NCBI GenBank assembly: GCA_000182565.2
Contig: KQ257457.1
Reading direction: 5' to 3' (one strand)
Source: Spizellomyces punctatus DAOM BR117
Lineage: Eukaryota
Length of the DNA: 64,000 nt
Under the pieces are notes generated by a model that saw only the letters and a list, made by a program, of their open reading frames with translations, was not told where the DNA came from and ran no database searches. Positions 29,589 to 42,592 of this stretch are shown here, piece after piece (positions within the stretch are counted from its first letter, which is position 1; every line of letters begins with the position of its first letter). The position numbers were made by a program, and so were the translations under genes.

Positions 29589-32500
29589 TTCCAGCCAAGA
29601 ACCCCACAGCCCCAACGGGCCCCCCTCAAAAAGTTATAAAAAGGCACCCTCTCCCGCATCCCCCCACTCTCTCTTCACTCTCTTCACTCGCCTTGGGACG
29701 GCGTAAAACTCGAGCCCGCCCTGGGAACTTGGCGCTAAACTCAACTCGGTCGAAAAGTCATAACCGGATAACTTTAAAGGTCGTTGTCGGAATGCAACGT
29801 GATACCTCTTTGAGGTGGGCGCCTGGGACTGTTGATGTGCGCGCGCCAGAAATGGAAGGAGCACGGAGCTGCCTGAGCCTACGGGCGATGAGGGCATCCT
29901 CTTAGAGGAAGGGCCTGCGATAAAGGATGAAATAGGATGAAAAAAGGTTGACTGGACATGATCAGGTCGAGCAGCACAGAAACCATCAAGCTAAGTGCTG
30001 TTTCCGCCCAAGTTGTACGCTCCATTTAGCATAATAACTTTGACCGAGGAAACCCCATTGGAAGCCGTACTGTTGAAAACATTTTCCTCCAGTTTCCAAT
30101 TACAAAACTCCGACTTTATGCCCAACTCGATCATCTTTATCTCTACGGTGCATCGAGAGAAACGACCATTGGTACTCAGTGGTGGTGGGAAAGGAAGAAC
30201 CGGGAGGTGACCTTGATAGTTTGCGATGTAGATTTTCTATCGAAATTCGGCGTGTTCATTCAGCAAAACGATTTACTGTGTCGAATAGGAGGGCGTGGGG
30301 GGTTGTGATAAAGCCTTGGATGTGAGTCCGGGTAGAACAGCCTCTAATGCAGATCTTGGTGGTAGTAGCTGTGATAGATATAATCCGAAACATCCGTCCC
30401 GAAAGTATCGAAACAGAGGAACAAGAAAAGCTCATTGAAGAATACAACTAGTATCGACCTTTTCATCGAACAGATAACGGGAACACAGCAAAAACACTTG
30501 TCGGATGAAAAACTCGATACTCGTTGTATGTGTCTTGAACACTGTTCGGCAAGAACGTCGTTCATAGGGTCAACAATACCATTTGGCAGAAATTTCCCTC
30601 AAAATCCTTCATTTTGTCATTCGAATGCAAGGTAGCGGCGGAAAATCGTCCATTTTGGGAGACGATCTCAGATTTGAAGTAATCTCGCAGGACATGGAAG
30701 CTGCATGTTTCTCTGCATTGACTGGGGCATTGAGGAACGGAAGATAGATGTTGACAAATGCAATACCGATATATCTTTTACGAGGGAATGGCTAGACGTC
30801 GCATTTTATCGGAAAGATACGATATGTGTGATTTTAAGACAATCGTGAACAGCTCGCACTTTTCTTTTTTCTCCGGGGTTTACCTAAAGGTGTCTTGCCC
30901 CAGAAGAAAGCCTAGTGCATGTGCGCGTTTGTGCCAACCAGACGTCCGACAGCGTACCTGTATACACTGATCACTTCGGATATGATCAGATTTCAGACCT
31001 TATTAGGTTATAATCATGATAATGGAATGGCAGAAACCGGCAATCTTTGTTCTGACACCACCGGAACCTTGACGTAAAGCTGTTGAAAAATGGGGTCCTC
31101 TGTATGTTGCCAGTGGTGTCGAGGAACCTAGCACAGTACTACTCGATGTATTCATCGGACAAGCTGAGCACTGGTTCGATTTCAGCTATACTTCCATAGG
31201 ATATAAATAAAAATAAATTGCATCTTCTGTATTTTCAGGTCTCTTGTCAAGTGCAGTTGCATGCATGTTGTTCACACTAGCTATCATATATGGCCTCCGC
31301 CCATCCACCTGCACTTATATATCCATTCAAACCGCTTGTCTGGTGAATACTGTACAGTACATCGTTGCGACTTGTGTATACACAAAGGGCGCCCTTTGCT
31401 GCTTAGCGGTGCCCAAGAGATAGCACACATGCTCATCATTGTTTTGTTCATTTTCGAATCATTTTCATCCTTTTTTTTTTTTTTGAAAGACAAGGAAAGG
31501 ATGTCAGGAAAGTCCAAAGAACGAATGGGGAAAAAACAACATACATGTATATGTATATAAAGGTAAAGATGAATTGATAACAACCCTAAAAATGGGTAAA
31601 GATGAAAAGAGGTAAGCAGAGTCCAAGGACCAACCGGACGAAAAGTTACCACCCTGTCGCAACTATATCAAAGGTAAAAATGAAGGAATCAGGTTTCACA
31701 TCACCGTACAACTCCCCATCCTTTGTCTTTGGGATGAGATCAGTAGTATCCACAGCCGCACGTTTTCGAGTCAAGATCCGTCGGCTCCGGGGCAAAGATG
31801 TTCTGGTCGCCTTGACGTCTAATCCTTTTGTCCTCTGCAACTACGTTTGGAGCTACGGCAACCAAATGTCTCTGCCACAGATGTCAAACTAGACGGAATC
31901 TGTCCACCCAAAGTAGCACCGGATGGAGCGGCAGTAACAGCAGAGTGTTCCAGATACCGTCATCAAGGTGGAAACTTTCAGCAGTATTCCAGCTACTCTC
32001 GTTGCTCCTGAACTAGCTTTTGGCCGGAGCGTCATTCCCGCCACTCCTATTGTCAAGACGAAAGCAAAGAGAACACTGCAGTTAGAAAAATGAAATCGCT
32101 TTGTCTACCGCAGATAGAGCAGCGTATGAACATCCACTTTGACGCATCCCATCTCTGCTCTTCTCTTTAGTCTAAGGGCGTCTTGACGCTCCAGATAGAA
32201 CAATACCTGGATCATCTCCTCTGGCGCATTCCACCTACTTTGTCCTTTTCCAAAGGCATCGAGTTTTCAAGGACGAAACAGATAGAACAATGCTCACTCT
32301 GGCGCATCGATATCTTTTGAATGCACAGACTTTGATAATGTTAATTTTTACGCTGCATCAACAACGACGTCCTAGACCATGGAATCGCATCCATGTATTC
32401 ACTGAGCAAGTGGCTGGATTTGAAGTACATGTGAAAGTGGGTGGCATATGAAGGACTAGTCATATCTAAAGAATTCGAATGACAAGACTGCTGTGGTTGT

Positions 32501-33736
32501 CCGAAGTACATGCTTGTGATCTTACTCTAAAGCGTCCTGCTGTTATGAAGAAAAAGAAATGCTGCATCCAAAGGAGCAGCCGGGTATTGAAATCGGAACA
32601 CATCGATCGGTGCTCTGTCATTCTAAAGCACCCTGCGGTTACGAAGAAAAGAAATACATGCAGGAATGCGTCATAGGAGGAGCAACCAACAGTTGAAATC
32701 GGGACATATCGATACGTGCTCTATCACTCTGGAAAGAAGAATACACATCCAGACTGGAGCCACCGAGTCGGACAACAACCTCTACAGTACCCCGAGCCTT
32801 TACAGTAATTCCATGTGACCCTTTCCTCTGAATCAATCTGCGTGCCCAGCAATCGTCTATTGCAATGATGGCCTCTGCCCCACCCTTCCCGGCATTTGCT
32901 TCCAGGTTTGCTGTCCGTCGTCAAGATGTATTAACCTTTAACTGTTCTTCCAACACTGCATTATTTATCACTTCATAGCAATATGTCATTATATGGTTCT
33001 AACTTGAATGGTTGGGCAATTGGTGCCGACTACCAGGGGAGCTGCCAGCTTTACTGCCACTTTAAACGATAACTTTTTTATCTTACCTTTAGTTTATTCA
33101 AAGGCATGCAATATTTGCATAGAAAGGTGAAAAGTACCATTTGGGAACAATGCCATGAGGAGTTACAAAAGGATTAGAACGAATGCTGTTATCTGGGTGG
33201 CCGAGGTAGTAGGGCCCCATGATAATACTCGCGGAGGAACTCTTCCAGGCGTAAAGTCTTATCCTCGCAGCTCAAGGAAAAGCGTCCGATAGGCTGCACA
33301 GGATCCGACAAGATCGAATCTGCTGCCGTTATTGCCTTCTCAGACTTGTTTGCTCGTCATGTTGCAGCATTGGCCAACATCCACGGTACTCTTGGAGTCA
33401 TGGATGACAAGCAACTTGCGTCGATCCCATTGATGTCATTTGGGACAGTCTGCAGACGCCGTTTTATATGTCAGATTCGAGGCCCAATAGCTTTACTAGT
33501 GTAAAGTCCACGGACGCCCTTAACTCTAATCCCGAGCACCACACTTTTAGTACTATCTTTGCGAGTCGCTTTTGAAAGAGCGTGTTGTTGTGATACCTTT
33601 TCGGTCATTGTCTGAAGCGAGAGTTGTGCCAGTCGACAATTGTCAAGCAGATGAAAGGTTATCCACCAGAGCGGCCACATTGGGGAGAAATTAATGGCTT
33701 TTAGAGTTGACCTCGAGACCGATCGACCGCTAACCC

Positions 33737-34210
33737 CCAAGTGCATTCCAGAGAGGAGCGCACCGAGAGTTGCCTACCGACCAGCTATTCCCACTGAAAT
33801 TCAATCAACCGAAAAAAAGGAATCATTTTGCAATCATCGTTGCATACTATCTTTATAATCTGCTTTTATTAAGGAAAATTGACTTGAGTAATTCTGAGAT
33901 TGACACCGAGATCGGGATATCGAGCTGCTGTCGATGCTGAAAGTCAACCGCAAGAAAATACATGCTCAAGTGCATCCAGAGAGGAGCCCACAGAGAGTTA
34001 CACTCGGGACCTACCGACCAGCCAACTCCACTGAAATTCAATCAACCAAGAAAAAAGAATTTTTGAGTTGGAGAGGACTCACCGAGACTGGGATCTCGCG
34101 AGCTGCTGTCGATACTGAAAATCAACCAAAAGAAAAATACATGCCCAAGTGCATCCAGAGAGGAGCCGCCAAAGTTGTCGGACACTCTGACCAGCTATTC
34201 CAGTGAAATC
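33737..34210. repeat. Degenerate ~180-230-bp repeat x3, partly resembling tRNA-Cys
   Basis: CAAGTGCATCCAGAGAGGAGC...CCA(C/G)TGAAAT at ~33738, ~33967 and ~34146. Confidence 0.75.
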
Positions 34211-35856
34211 CAGGGTCCTCCTTCCGTAAATCTTTCAACATTCAGACATTCCTCAAGGATCATTATCGACCCGATCTTCATCTAATCGACCTTCTTAAGT
34301 GGACTGTGGCCTATGCTAAGGATCACAGGCATGTTTTGCTTTTACCAAACCCATCTACCTATTCCTCAGGGTGAACCATCCTAAGGTGCATTATATGCTT
34401 TACCGATGTATTGAGATCCTCCTTAAGGTAGATTGACCCCATGTGCCCGACTAGGTATTGCATGCATCAAACGCACAGAGAAAGAGGTGGGTATACCTTA
34501 TGTCAGATAATAGGCCACCTGGCACACCCTGATAACCACGTCAAATCTCCAGCCCTCTGGGGGAGATTGTATGGGATGATTCTGTGGCTCGCCGCGGGGT
34601 CACAGCACCGCTCCACCTCACACGGCCGGTCGATGCCCTGAGGTTCTTCAGTACCAAAGTACCGTGACCTCCGAGGGGATCAATAGACCGTGGAACACTT
34701 CCAGGGCTTGCCTTATAAATTAGTATTAGCATGGAATTATCTACTTTTAGGGTCACTACACTTTCACCAATGTCGGGTCTCGATGGCGCTTCGGGGCATA
34801 ACGCAGACAGGCGGCCACCTTTTATCCCATACTCTCCATTTCATACTCCTCACTCCCCATTGCGTGACCCGTGGCTCCCTTTACCCCGTACATGTACTTT
34901 ACCCGGCACAATATTTGTTATTCTAGTCGAAAGATATGGGTCACTGCATGTCTAATTGACGTGAGGAATCTGATGAAAGGAACTGATAAGAGAGTTAAAC
35001 AGCACGCGAAATTGCTAAAAGGGAAACCCTTGGGACCAGCATTGCTTGGAGGTAATCATCCGCACGAGCCTGAAAAGATTAGTGATGGATGGGCCTCCAT
35101 AACCAATGGCCACCCAGAACCTGAATAATTCCACATGAGCTCACAAGTTGACGATATCCGTAACGTATATTTTAAAAAGTAGAGTTGGTGTGGGGCTCTT
35201 ACCCGCATCCTTTCATCAATCCCAGAATTGAATCGGGGACCTCAAAGAAAAGAATATTTTTCGAGATTAGAAGTCGAGCCTCTCCCTGCACCCAGACAGA
35301 GCGTCCCCACTGGAACTCACTCAACTGAAGAAAAGAATAGTGAATAGAGGACTCTTTGAGATTTGAACTCGGGACCCGTGCGTTTCCACACACCAAGTGC
35401 ACTGCTGTGAATGCGTTGCCGATAATTGCAAAAATAAGAGGGATTTGCCTGTATTCACATAGGAACCATTGCGTTTCTACTTTCCACTCCACCACTATAG
35501 CTCAATGGGCACCCTGGTATGTCGGTTACAGTGCATTACCTCAATTAAGGGCGCACAGTCACTGCACACATTTTTCCAGTCACGCTAAACCCGTGGTTCC
35601 CTCTCAGTTGCAGTGAGCCAAAAATGGGTGACTATTGGTTAACGGTGGTCGAGTGGTAGGACCATACTCACAGCCGTAACCGCGTTACGGCAGTGGGACA
35701 TGGTCCTACGCGCGTTACCCAATGGCTTGTGGCTTACGATGAGTGCCTCGAAGGATCACCGAGATTTGAACTCGGGACCCGTGCATTTCTACCACCAAAT
35801 GCACTGCTGGTGAACGCCGATCGTTGAAAAAAAAAAATTAACCGAGAAGAATCTAG

Positions 35857-35928
35857 AGGACTCACCGAGATTTGAACTCGGGACCTATCGATCTGCAGTC
35901 GATTGCTCTACCACTGAGCTATAAGTCC
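35857..35928 (-). tRNA. tRNA-Cys(GCA)
   Basis: GGACTTATAGCTCAGTGGTAGAGCAATCGACTGCAGATCGATAGGTCCCGAGTTCAAATCTCGGTGAGTCCT. Full cloverleaf, U73 discriminator and a T-run downstream. Confidence 0.93.
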
Positions 35929-36120
35929 CCGTGTTATCACTTCCCATTTCACATTGCTCTACCACTGAGTTACAAGTCCATGCTTACCACTGAGCTATAA
36001 GTCCTCATGTTATCACTTCCCATTTCACATTGCTCTACCACTGAGCTACAAGTCCATGCTTACCACTGAGCTATAAGTCCCCGTGTTATCACTTCCCATT
36101 TCACATTGCTCTACCACTGA
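35903..36120. repeat. 76-bp tandem repeat built from tRNA-Cys 5' halves plus upstream flank
   Basis: TTGCTCTACCACTGA recurs at ~35903, 35954, 36030 and 36106, with extra TACCACTGAGCTATAAGTCC copies between. Confidence 0.9.
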
Positions 36121-36311
36121 TCACTATGACAGTGCACCGGGACCAATAGCCTATCGGTCCCGGTGCACTGTCATAATTTTCCACAGGACTTAAAGGTCCT
36201 GCGCATGCCATGATAACTTGCTCCATATTCAGACTATATATCAGGCCCGTTGCACTGTCATCATTCTCCATATACTAAAAGTCATGAGCATAGATGTGAT
36301 GATGATTAAAA

Positions 36312-36554
36312 CTCTGACAACCGCTCCAGTGCTTGCGGCGCCTAGAAAAGGGTTTCCTTAGGGTTGTTAAAACTGCTTGGAGGTATCGGGATGAATGGGT
36401 AAGCTCTTTTGTTTTCTTCATTTTTTTATGACAAAACTTTGAATGTGGGTATATGCGTGCTGGTTTTTATTAATGTTTTTTTGTGTTTTGGCTTTTTTGT
36501 AGGACTGGGCATTTATTGGTCTACACCCTTCCCAGCGACGCATCATACACAGCG
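36312..36554 (+). pseudogene. Split gypsy RT-RNase H fragment related to the chromovirus
   Basis: 36312-36360 encodes LTTAPVLAAPRKGFP and 36522-36554 encodes YTLPSDASYTA. This matches Pol LTTAPVLAAPRKGFPYTLHSDASYTA at ~6061-6140. About 160 bp intervene. Confidence 0.75.
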
Positions 36555-36851
36555 CATTTTACCTGTACAGATCACACTAGTATAGATCTACAAGCCATGA
36601 TTAAAACTGACCCATCGGTCCTGCGCGTGCCGTCGTAACTTGCACATATTCCGACTATAAAGTCCTAGTTCTTCGGGACGAGCACATCAATTGCTCGACC
36701 GCTGTCCGATCTCACTGCGGATCAATTTTGTACCAAAGGACGTAGCGCATGACATTACTCGCTTCAAGATTCGTACTTACTCCATATTCAGACTATAAAG
36801 TCCTAGTTCTTGGGGACGAGGGGCTCTACCGCTGTCCGATCTCACTGCGGA

Positions 36852-37154
36852 TCAATGTTGTAGCAACAGACGCAGCCCATAAGGTGCAAGCACAATTCGT
36901 GCCCCGCGACGGGCATACTCATAAGTAAGTTCTTCTCCAATCCCAGAGGAAGCGCCAGTGATGAGCAAGACCTTGTTTTCTAGTGGCCATGGGCGTGCCT
37001 TTAGCCGTCGTTGGACTTTGCAGGCGAGATTGAGCGCGAATAACACGGGTGCAACGGTGACGGTGATGAGATTGTAAATGTTTTCCATGATGCGGGTGAA
37101 AAACGAAGCAACGAGGGGAAAAGAGGAGATGGCCTTCAAATGGTGGTAGATCAT
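36852..37154 (-). pseudogene. Truncated short-chain dehydrogenase/reductase N-terminus
   Basis: KVLLITGASSGIGEELTYEYARRGARIVL Rossmann motif, which then runs into repeats. No YxxxK segment was found. Confidence 0.7.
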
Positions 37155-37699
37155 CTGCCGACAACATTGCTCGCTTCAAGATTCACTCGTAAGTCTGTTA
37201 ACCTCCCCGGATAGATTGACGCTTTGTATTGAAATTCCCGTAGAGATAAAGTGTACCGTTTTTCGCAATCATCTCACTTGCAGATCATTTGCTCTGCCAT
37301 GTAGCTCCTGGTGTACTGTCATATCTTTGGACTGTCATATCACGCCTATATGATGTATACCACTCCTACACCGTTCATCACCGGGCTACCCCAATATGTA
37401 CGTTCTAATGCATTCACTCAATGTTTAATGAGCGCAATCACTGCCCACATCCCACCAGAGCGTGGTGGAGAAGCTGCCGTGGTCGAGATCTCTTTGCCGC
37501 TTAAACATGGGCTGATCATTGAGGTTGAAGATACTTTCTCGATACTGGAAAGTTCTGAGACCTCGGAAAACCACTCCTTATCAAGTAGCGTCAGTTTTGA
37601 ACGTCACGCTGCCACTCCTGAGGTCATTTTAATGACATGGTTGCCATCTCAGTTGCAGTATGCCATAAAAGGGTGCCTGGCGCTTAACAGTGTAGGTGT

Positions 37700-38168
37700 G
37701 GTAGGCTACGTGGGCTAGAATGGTGGACACTGATTTGACACTGATTCTCGTGGTTGAGATAGGAGCAAAGGTTATGTGGGCTAGAATGGTCACAAGTTGG
37801 ACACTGATTCGACACACAGAGTCTCGCGGTTCACATTAGGATCGAAGGTTATGTAGGCTACAATGGTCGCAAGTACGACACTGATTCGACGCTCGAACAC
37901 TGATTCTTGTGGTTGAGATACGAGCGAAGGTTATGTGGGCTACAATGGTCACAAGTAGAACACTGACTCGACACACAGAGTCTTGTGGTTCACGTTAGGA
38001 ACGAAGGTTATGTGGGCTACAATGGTCACAAGTAGGACATTGATTCGACACACAGAGTCTTGGGGGTCTTGTGGTTCACGTTAGGAGCGAAGGTTATGTG
38101 GGCTACAATGATCGTAAGTAGAACACTGATTCGACACACAGAATCTCGTGGTTCAGATGGGAGCGAAA
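37700..38168. repeat. Minisatellite, ~76-86-bp unit, ~6 copies
   Basis: GGTTATGTGGGCTACAATGGTCACAAGTAGAACACTGATTCGACACACAGAGTC recurs at ~37770, 37848, 37930, 38006 and 38092. Confidence 0.9.
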
Positions 38169-38496
38169 GAGAAATAAATCCATACGATAGTTTTCTCGGT
38201 TGAAGCCTAACTAATTAAAATGCATCCTACTCCATAGCACCCCGCTTCCTATGTCGCGGGATCTATCCTTTGCTTACTTTCATACTTTTAAACATGACCA
38301 TTTATGATTTTTAGGTCGAAAATGCTCCACACTGAGCTATAGGTCCTGGTATACTGTCATAATTATCCATTCATTATCCATATAGTTTTATATTGATTCT
38401 TTCTTTTATTCTTTATTTCATTTCATTTCACCGAGGGAACCTCCTGTGTGCTTGCGTTGTAAGATTCACGTACCACCTCTAGCAAGCGCATGGAGC

Positions 38497-39030
38497 AATC
38501 AGATCAATCGTTCTGCCCACAGAGTGTTCATAGTCTAGCCGTTTTTCGGATTTGAATTATTCCATGTGCAGATCAATCCCTCTAACAACTGAGCGTTCAT
38601 GGATCCCACAATATTTCGAATTTGAATTAGCACACGGCAGCGTTAGTGACAAACAGATCAGTTTGCTTTACCACAGAGTGTTCATAGGAATAGCCGACCT
38701 GTTCCACTGCAGATCAACATTTTCGAATTTGAATTATCACACTGCAGATCGATTGCTCTGCCACTGAGTGTTAAGAGAATTAACAGTTTTCGAATATGAA
38801 CCAGCACACGGCAGCGTTCAGGGACAAGCAGATCAATCCCTCTAACCACTGAGCGTTCCTGTGGCGCAAACAAGGTTTCGAATTTGAATACTCACACTGC
38901 AAATCGATTGCTTTACCACTGAAGGTTCATAAGACTTGCTGAACTATTCCACTGCAGATCAATCGCTTTAGCTACTCAGCGTTACTGGGCACAAACAAGT
39001 TTTCGAATTTGAATTATCACTCGATTGCTC
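38497..39030 (-). repeat. Degenerate ~70-bp tRNA-Cys-like repeat array
   Basis: Unit TTTCGAATTTGAATTATCACACTGCAGATCGATTGCTCT.CCACTGAG.GTT, about 6-7 copies, with another near 39580-39650. Confidence 0.7.
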
Positions 39031-39181
39031 TTAACTCTACGCATTGCGCATTGGTAAGGAGGTCTTTTGTCAGTGAAATGTATCGTGGGTTACAACTTCA
39101 TGCGACAAACCGGTTCTCAGATTTGCATTACCACACTGCAAATTGCCACTTCCGGAATAATCTTGAGGATAGGTTGGTAGC

Positions 39182-39351
39182 TTTTTGTTTTGCGGAGCGT
39201 TGTTATCTACATCATGATTTCAGCTCCTACCTTTTGTTTGGCGGAACGTTGGTATTATCTACATCATTATTTCAGCTCGTACCGTTCGTTTTGCGGAACG
39301 TTGGTATTATCAACATCAGGATTTCAGCTCATACCTTTTGTTTGGCGGAAC
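39182..39351. repeat. ~52-bp tandem repeat x3-4
   Basis: TTTTGTTTGGCGGAACGTTGGTATTATC.ACATCA.GATTTCAGCTC is repeated. Confidence 0.85.
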
Positions 39352-39964
39352 ACGCGGCCACCCTCATGTGTCCCCCAAGACGATGCAACAACAGACGCAG
39401 AGAATATCTACCGGTTCCAAAGGCTTTTGGGTGAGCACTTGTCCATCTCTCCCTCGCACACTCGTCGATGAATCTCGCCGTCGACCGCCTTGGTTTGGGG
39501 ATGGTCAAATTTTAAAGAAACTCCCGACCGAGGTTATAAAGGATTTCAAGTTGGATGGAGGAGAAGGCATATCACACTGAACAGATCGATTGCTCTAACC
39601 CTCTTTCGGGACTAACAGTTTTTCGGATCTGAGCGTTCACACTGCAGATCAAATTGATGGACAACATACACTCACATTCCTCCACAAGTCTAATCGACGA
39701 AAACAAACGAAAACTACACAAACAACAATTTCAACAGTTCGTCCGTCCCATTTAAAGTGGCCGCTAAATTCAGTGAGTCTCTCTCATCCCGCTTGCGCAG
39801 CACACATCGTACAACTTCTGCCTCGCGTTGATGATTCTTATCCGCTGATTCAACTTTTAAAGAGAAGGCAAAGAATCGCAATTGATGAGAACCATAGGAA
39901 TATAGAAAAGGTAAGATGGTTAGAAGGAAACCTGAGATGCCTCATCGGGGTGAGGTAAGGCCTA

Positions 39965-40250
39965 TCAGTGCGTTGTTGTGCGCGCGAGATACAAACTGTC
40001 AATGCGAGGTGACAGATAGACATTAGTGCGTTGCTGTGCAAGCGAAATACGAGCTGTTAATGGAAAGGACATTAGTTGCGTTGTTGTGCATGCGAGATAC
40101 CAACTGTTAATGGAAAGGACATTAGTTGCGTTGTTGTGCATGCGAGATACCAACTGTTAATGCGAGATGACAGATACATCAGTGCGTTGTAGTGCAGCGT
40201 ACGAATTGTTAATGCAACGTGACATCGGTGCGCTGTTGTGCAAGCGAGGT
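39965..40250. repeat. ~50-57-bp tandem repeat x5-6
   Basis: TGCGTTGTTGTGCATGCGAGATACCAACTGTTAATG is repeated. Confidence 0.85.
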
Positions 40251-42519
40251 AGGAATTGACATAACATGGATGTGGTTTAAGAAACGTCGTTATGGACGTT
40301 ATGCCTGCGTCCATGGCTACAAAATGACTGCAGTTCGGGCCAAACCGCTTTTTTCGAAATCTAGTGTCAAAAGTCCCTCTGTATACTCAACTCGCTGTAC
40401 CATCGTGCGGCTTTGCATTTCACCGCAATAATTCACTACCAGAATGTATTTACCACCATTGAATTGAGCGGTTAACAATTTTTAAAACAACCTACCGGTG
40501 ATATATTCTACTGGAAAACTTTGCCTATGGAATTCTTTTACTATAATATAAACTAGTGAAACTTGTAGGGTACGCCTATCTCTATACGGTCGGTAATTTA
40601 GCTTGCAAAAGAAAACCCATTGGAGCAACTTTCATATCCACGGATGTGTGCATCAAGCAGATTGCTGAATCCGATACCATCTTGTCGATCCGCTACTCGT
40701 TTCTGCTTTTTGTCTGATAGCTAGAATCTGACGCAGAGCTTCAATATTGAGTAGCAGCTGGCGGACCTGCCAAGCATCTCCTCCACACGATTCACTGATG
40801 CTGCTGGGTAAGGGAGGGCACTGTGCCGAGCCAGAAACCGTAGAGAATGTCTTTTCTTTTTCTTTTAGATTTTTAACCTCACGATATACTTTTCCTCATC
40901 ATTGACTTTGCTCCAGGGGCACTTCCTATAGCATTTAATTTGACGGAAAAGATAACGCTGCCTCCGAACTAGCACGGCGTCAAGATTCAAGAAATGTACA
41001 TTTTTCGTTGTCATTGTGTGCATACTCTCCAGTGTAAACCCTCGACACAAACTCAAACTTTCAACATACTCTTCTAAACAACATGCTCTAATATCCCTGT
41101 GCTCACAGATCAACTCGCATTCCCATCGTGCGACTTTTGCATAGGTTTTAACCTCGGCGGTCCATGCCTGGTAAGTTGTGTTGCCCATCCTCACGGTTTT
41201 ACTCACCCTCCGCATACCACGCGATACAGTGACAGTCCCACACCCACACCTCAACTTGGGTCGTATTGTTATCGACCAAGCGCTGATGTACCTGCATTCA
41301 CACCCAACTCACTTGGCCGCGCAACTTTATCGGTTTCAACTTGTTCAAATTCTTACCTCGCTCTTCCGCAGAAAATGCGCTGATATACCTGCATTCACAC
41401 CTCATCTCATTTTGTGGCTAAAATTCTGGCCCTGCAACTTTATCAGTTTCAATTTTTCCATATTCTTACCTCCCTCCCGCACAGTATACTCTCATAACCA
41501 TGGCTTGGATCTTTCCACAAAGAGACTGTGGTGATGATCACGGTCGCCAGGTATTATACGCACTAACAAACAGGGTAATCACAGATGAAAGCATTGGATA
41601 GGGAAATCTCCTTTGTGTACATATCCATACGTAGGTGATGTATCTATCTTTGCGGTTGAACCTTTCAAGCAACATGATCTAATATCTCTACGCCCACACA
41701 TGAAAGGACTGGTTAGCAGCAATGACGGTTGAGTAATGCCAGAGGGAAAAACATGGGAATGCTACGCGCTGCTTGCAATGACCTTTGGAACACTCTCAAC
41801 TCGGTTGCAGTCGTTCGACTTCGCGCGTTCTGGGCGTCGTCTCTATAAATGTCGTCTTCCCTCTTCTAAATCCTTCACACAATATTCACTGATATCCCCA
41901 CACTCATCCCCGTTACAGTCGTGGCGCTTTCACTCGGAGGTTCATGCCATGGTTGCTACAAATATTCTCGTGGGTGAAGGAAATGCAGATCAACGAGTCG
42001 CGCAAGGTTTATGACATTTGGTTGATATCCTGATAACAACGCCCTCCGGCTAATTGTTACCAAAGATGACCGCTTGTGTGCTTGGAAGAAATATTCGAAG
42101 AGTGATTGCGTTCCAAAATGGGCAACATGCATGATGATGACGAATGAAAGGAGAAACTGCAGGTAAACTACTCAAAGACGTCATGAAAGTTTGCACAGCT
42201 TTACAAAACCGATCCTATGCGAATTCACCTTCAATTACGTGGTTCGCCTCCGCACTGAGGATACAACAGTCGAGAGAATTGTTATAATGTAAAGTGAAAT
42301 GATGAATAGTAATTGGACGGCAATGCTGATCCTCTTTACCCATCTACTTTTTCACTGTCTACTAGTACAACTCGACTCGAAGTGTCCATCGGACAAGTGT
42401 TCCTGCTGTGTTCCCGTTATCTGTCCGATGAAATACTTGATACTAGCTACACACGCCCCTGAAGCGTTTTGGCAAATATGTCATCTTGCTCAAACACATC
42501 GTTTTTGAGACAAATCCAA

Positions 42520-42592
42520 GCGAGATTGGCTCAGTCGGTAGAGCGTGAGTCTCATAATCTCAAGGTCGTGAGTTCGATCCTCACATCTCGCA
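42520..42592 (+). tRNA. tRNA-Met(CAT), elongator type
   Basis: Identical to the copy at 23634-23706. Confidence 0.95.

Noticed and set aside
29138-29905. 255-aa ORF
   Set aside because: It has a non-ATG start, spans a decayed tandem duplication and shows no recognisable domain.
34250-34645. Cluster of CCTNAGG-like short palindromes
   Set aside because: They are short and irregularly spaced, and I cannot distinguish them from decayed repeat or chance.
37700-38168. Possible CRISPR-like array
   Set aside because: Whole units are repeated with no unique spacers and no cas genes are present. It is a minisatellite.
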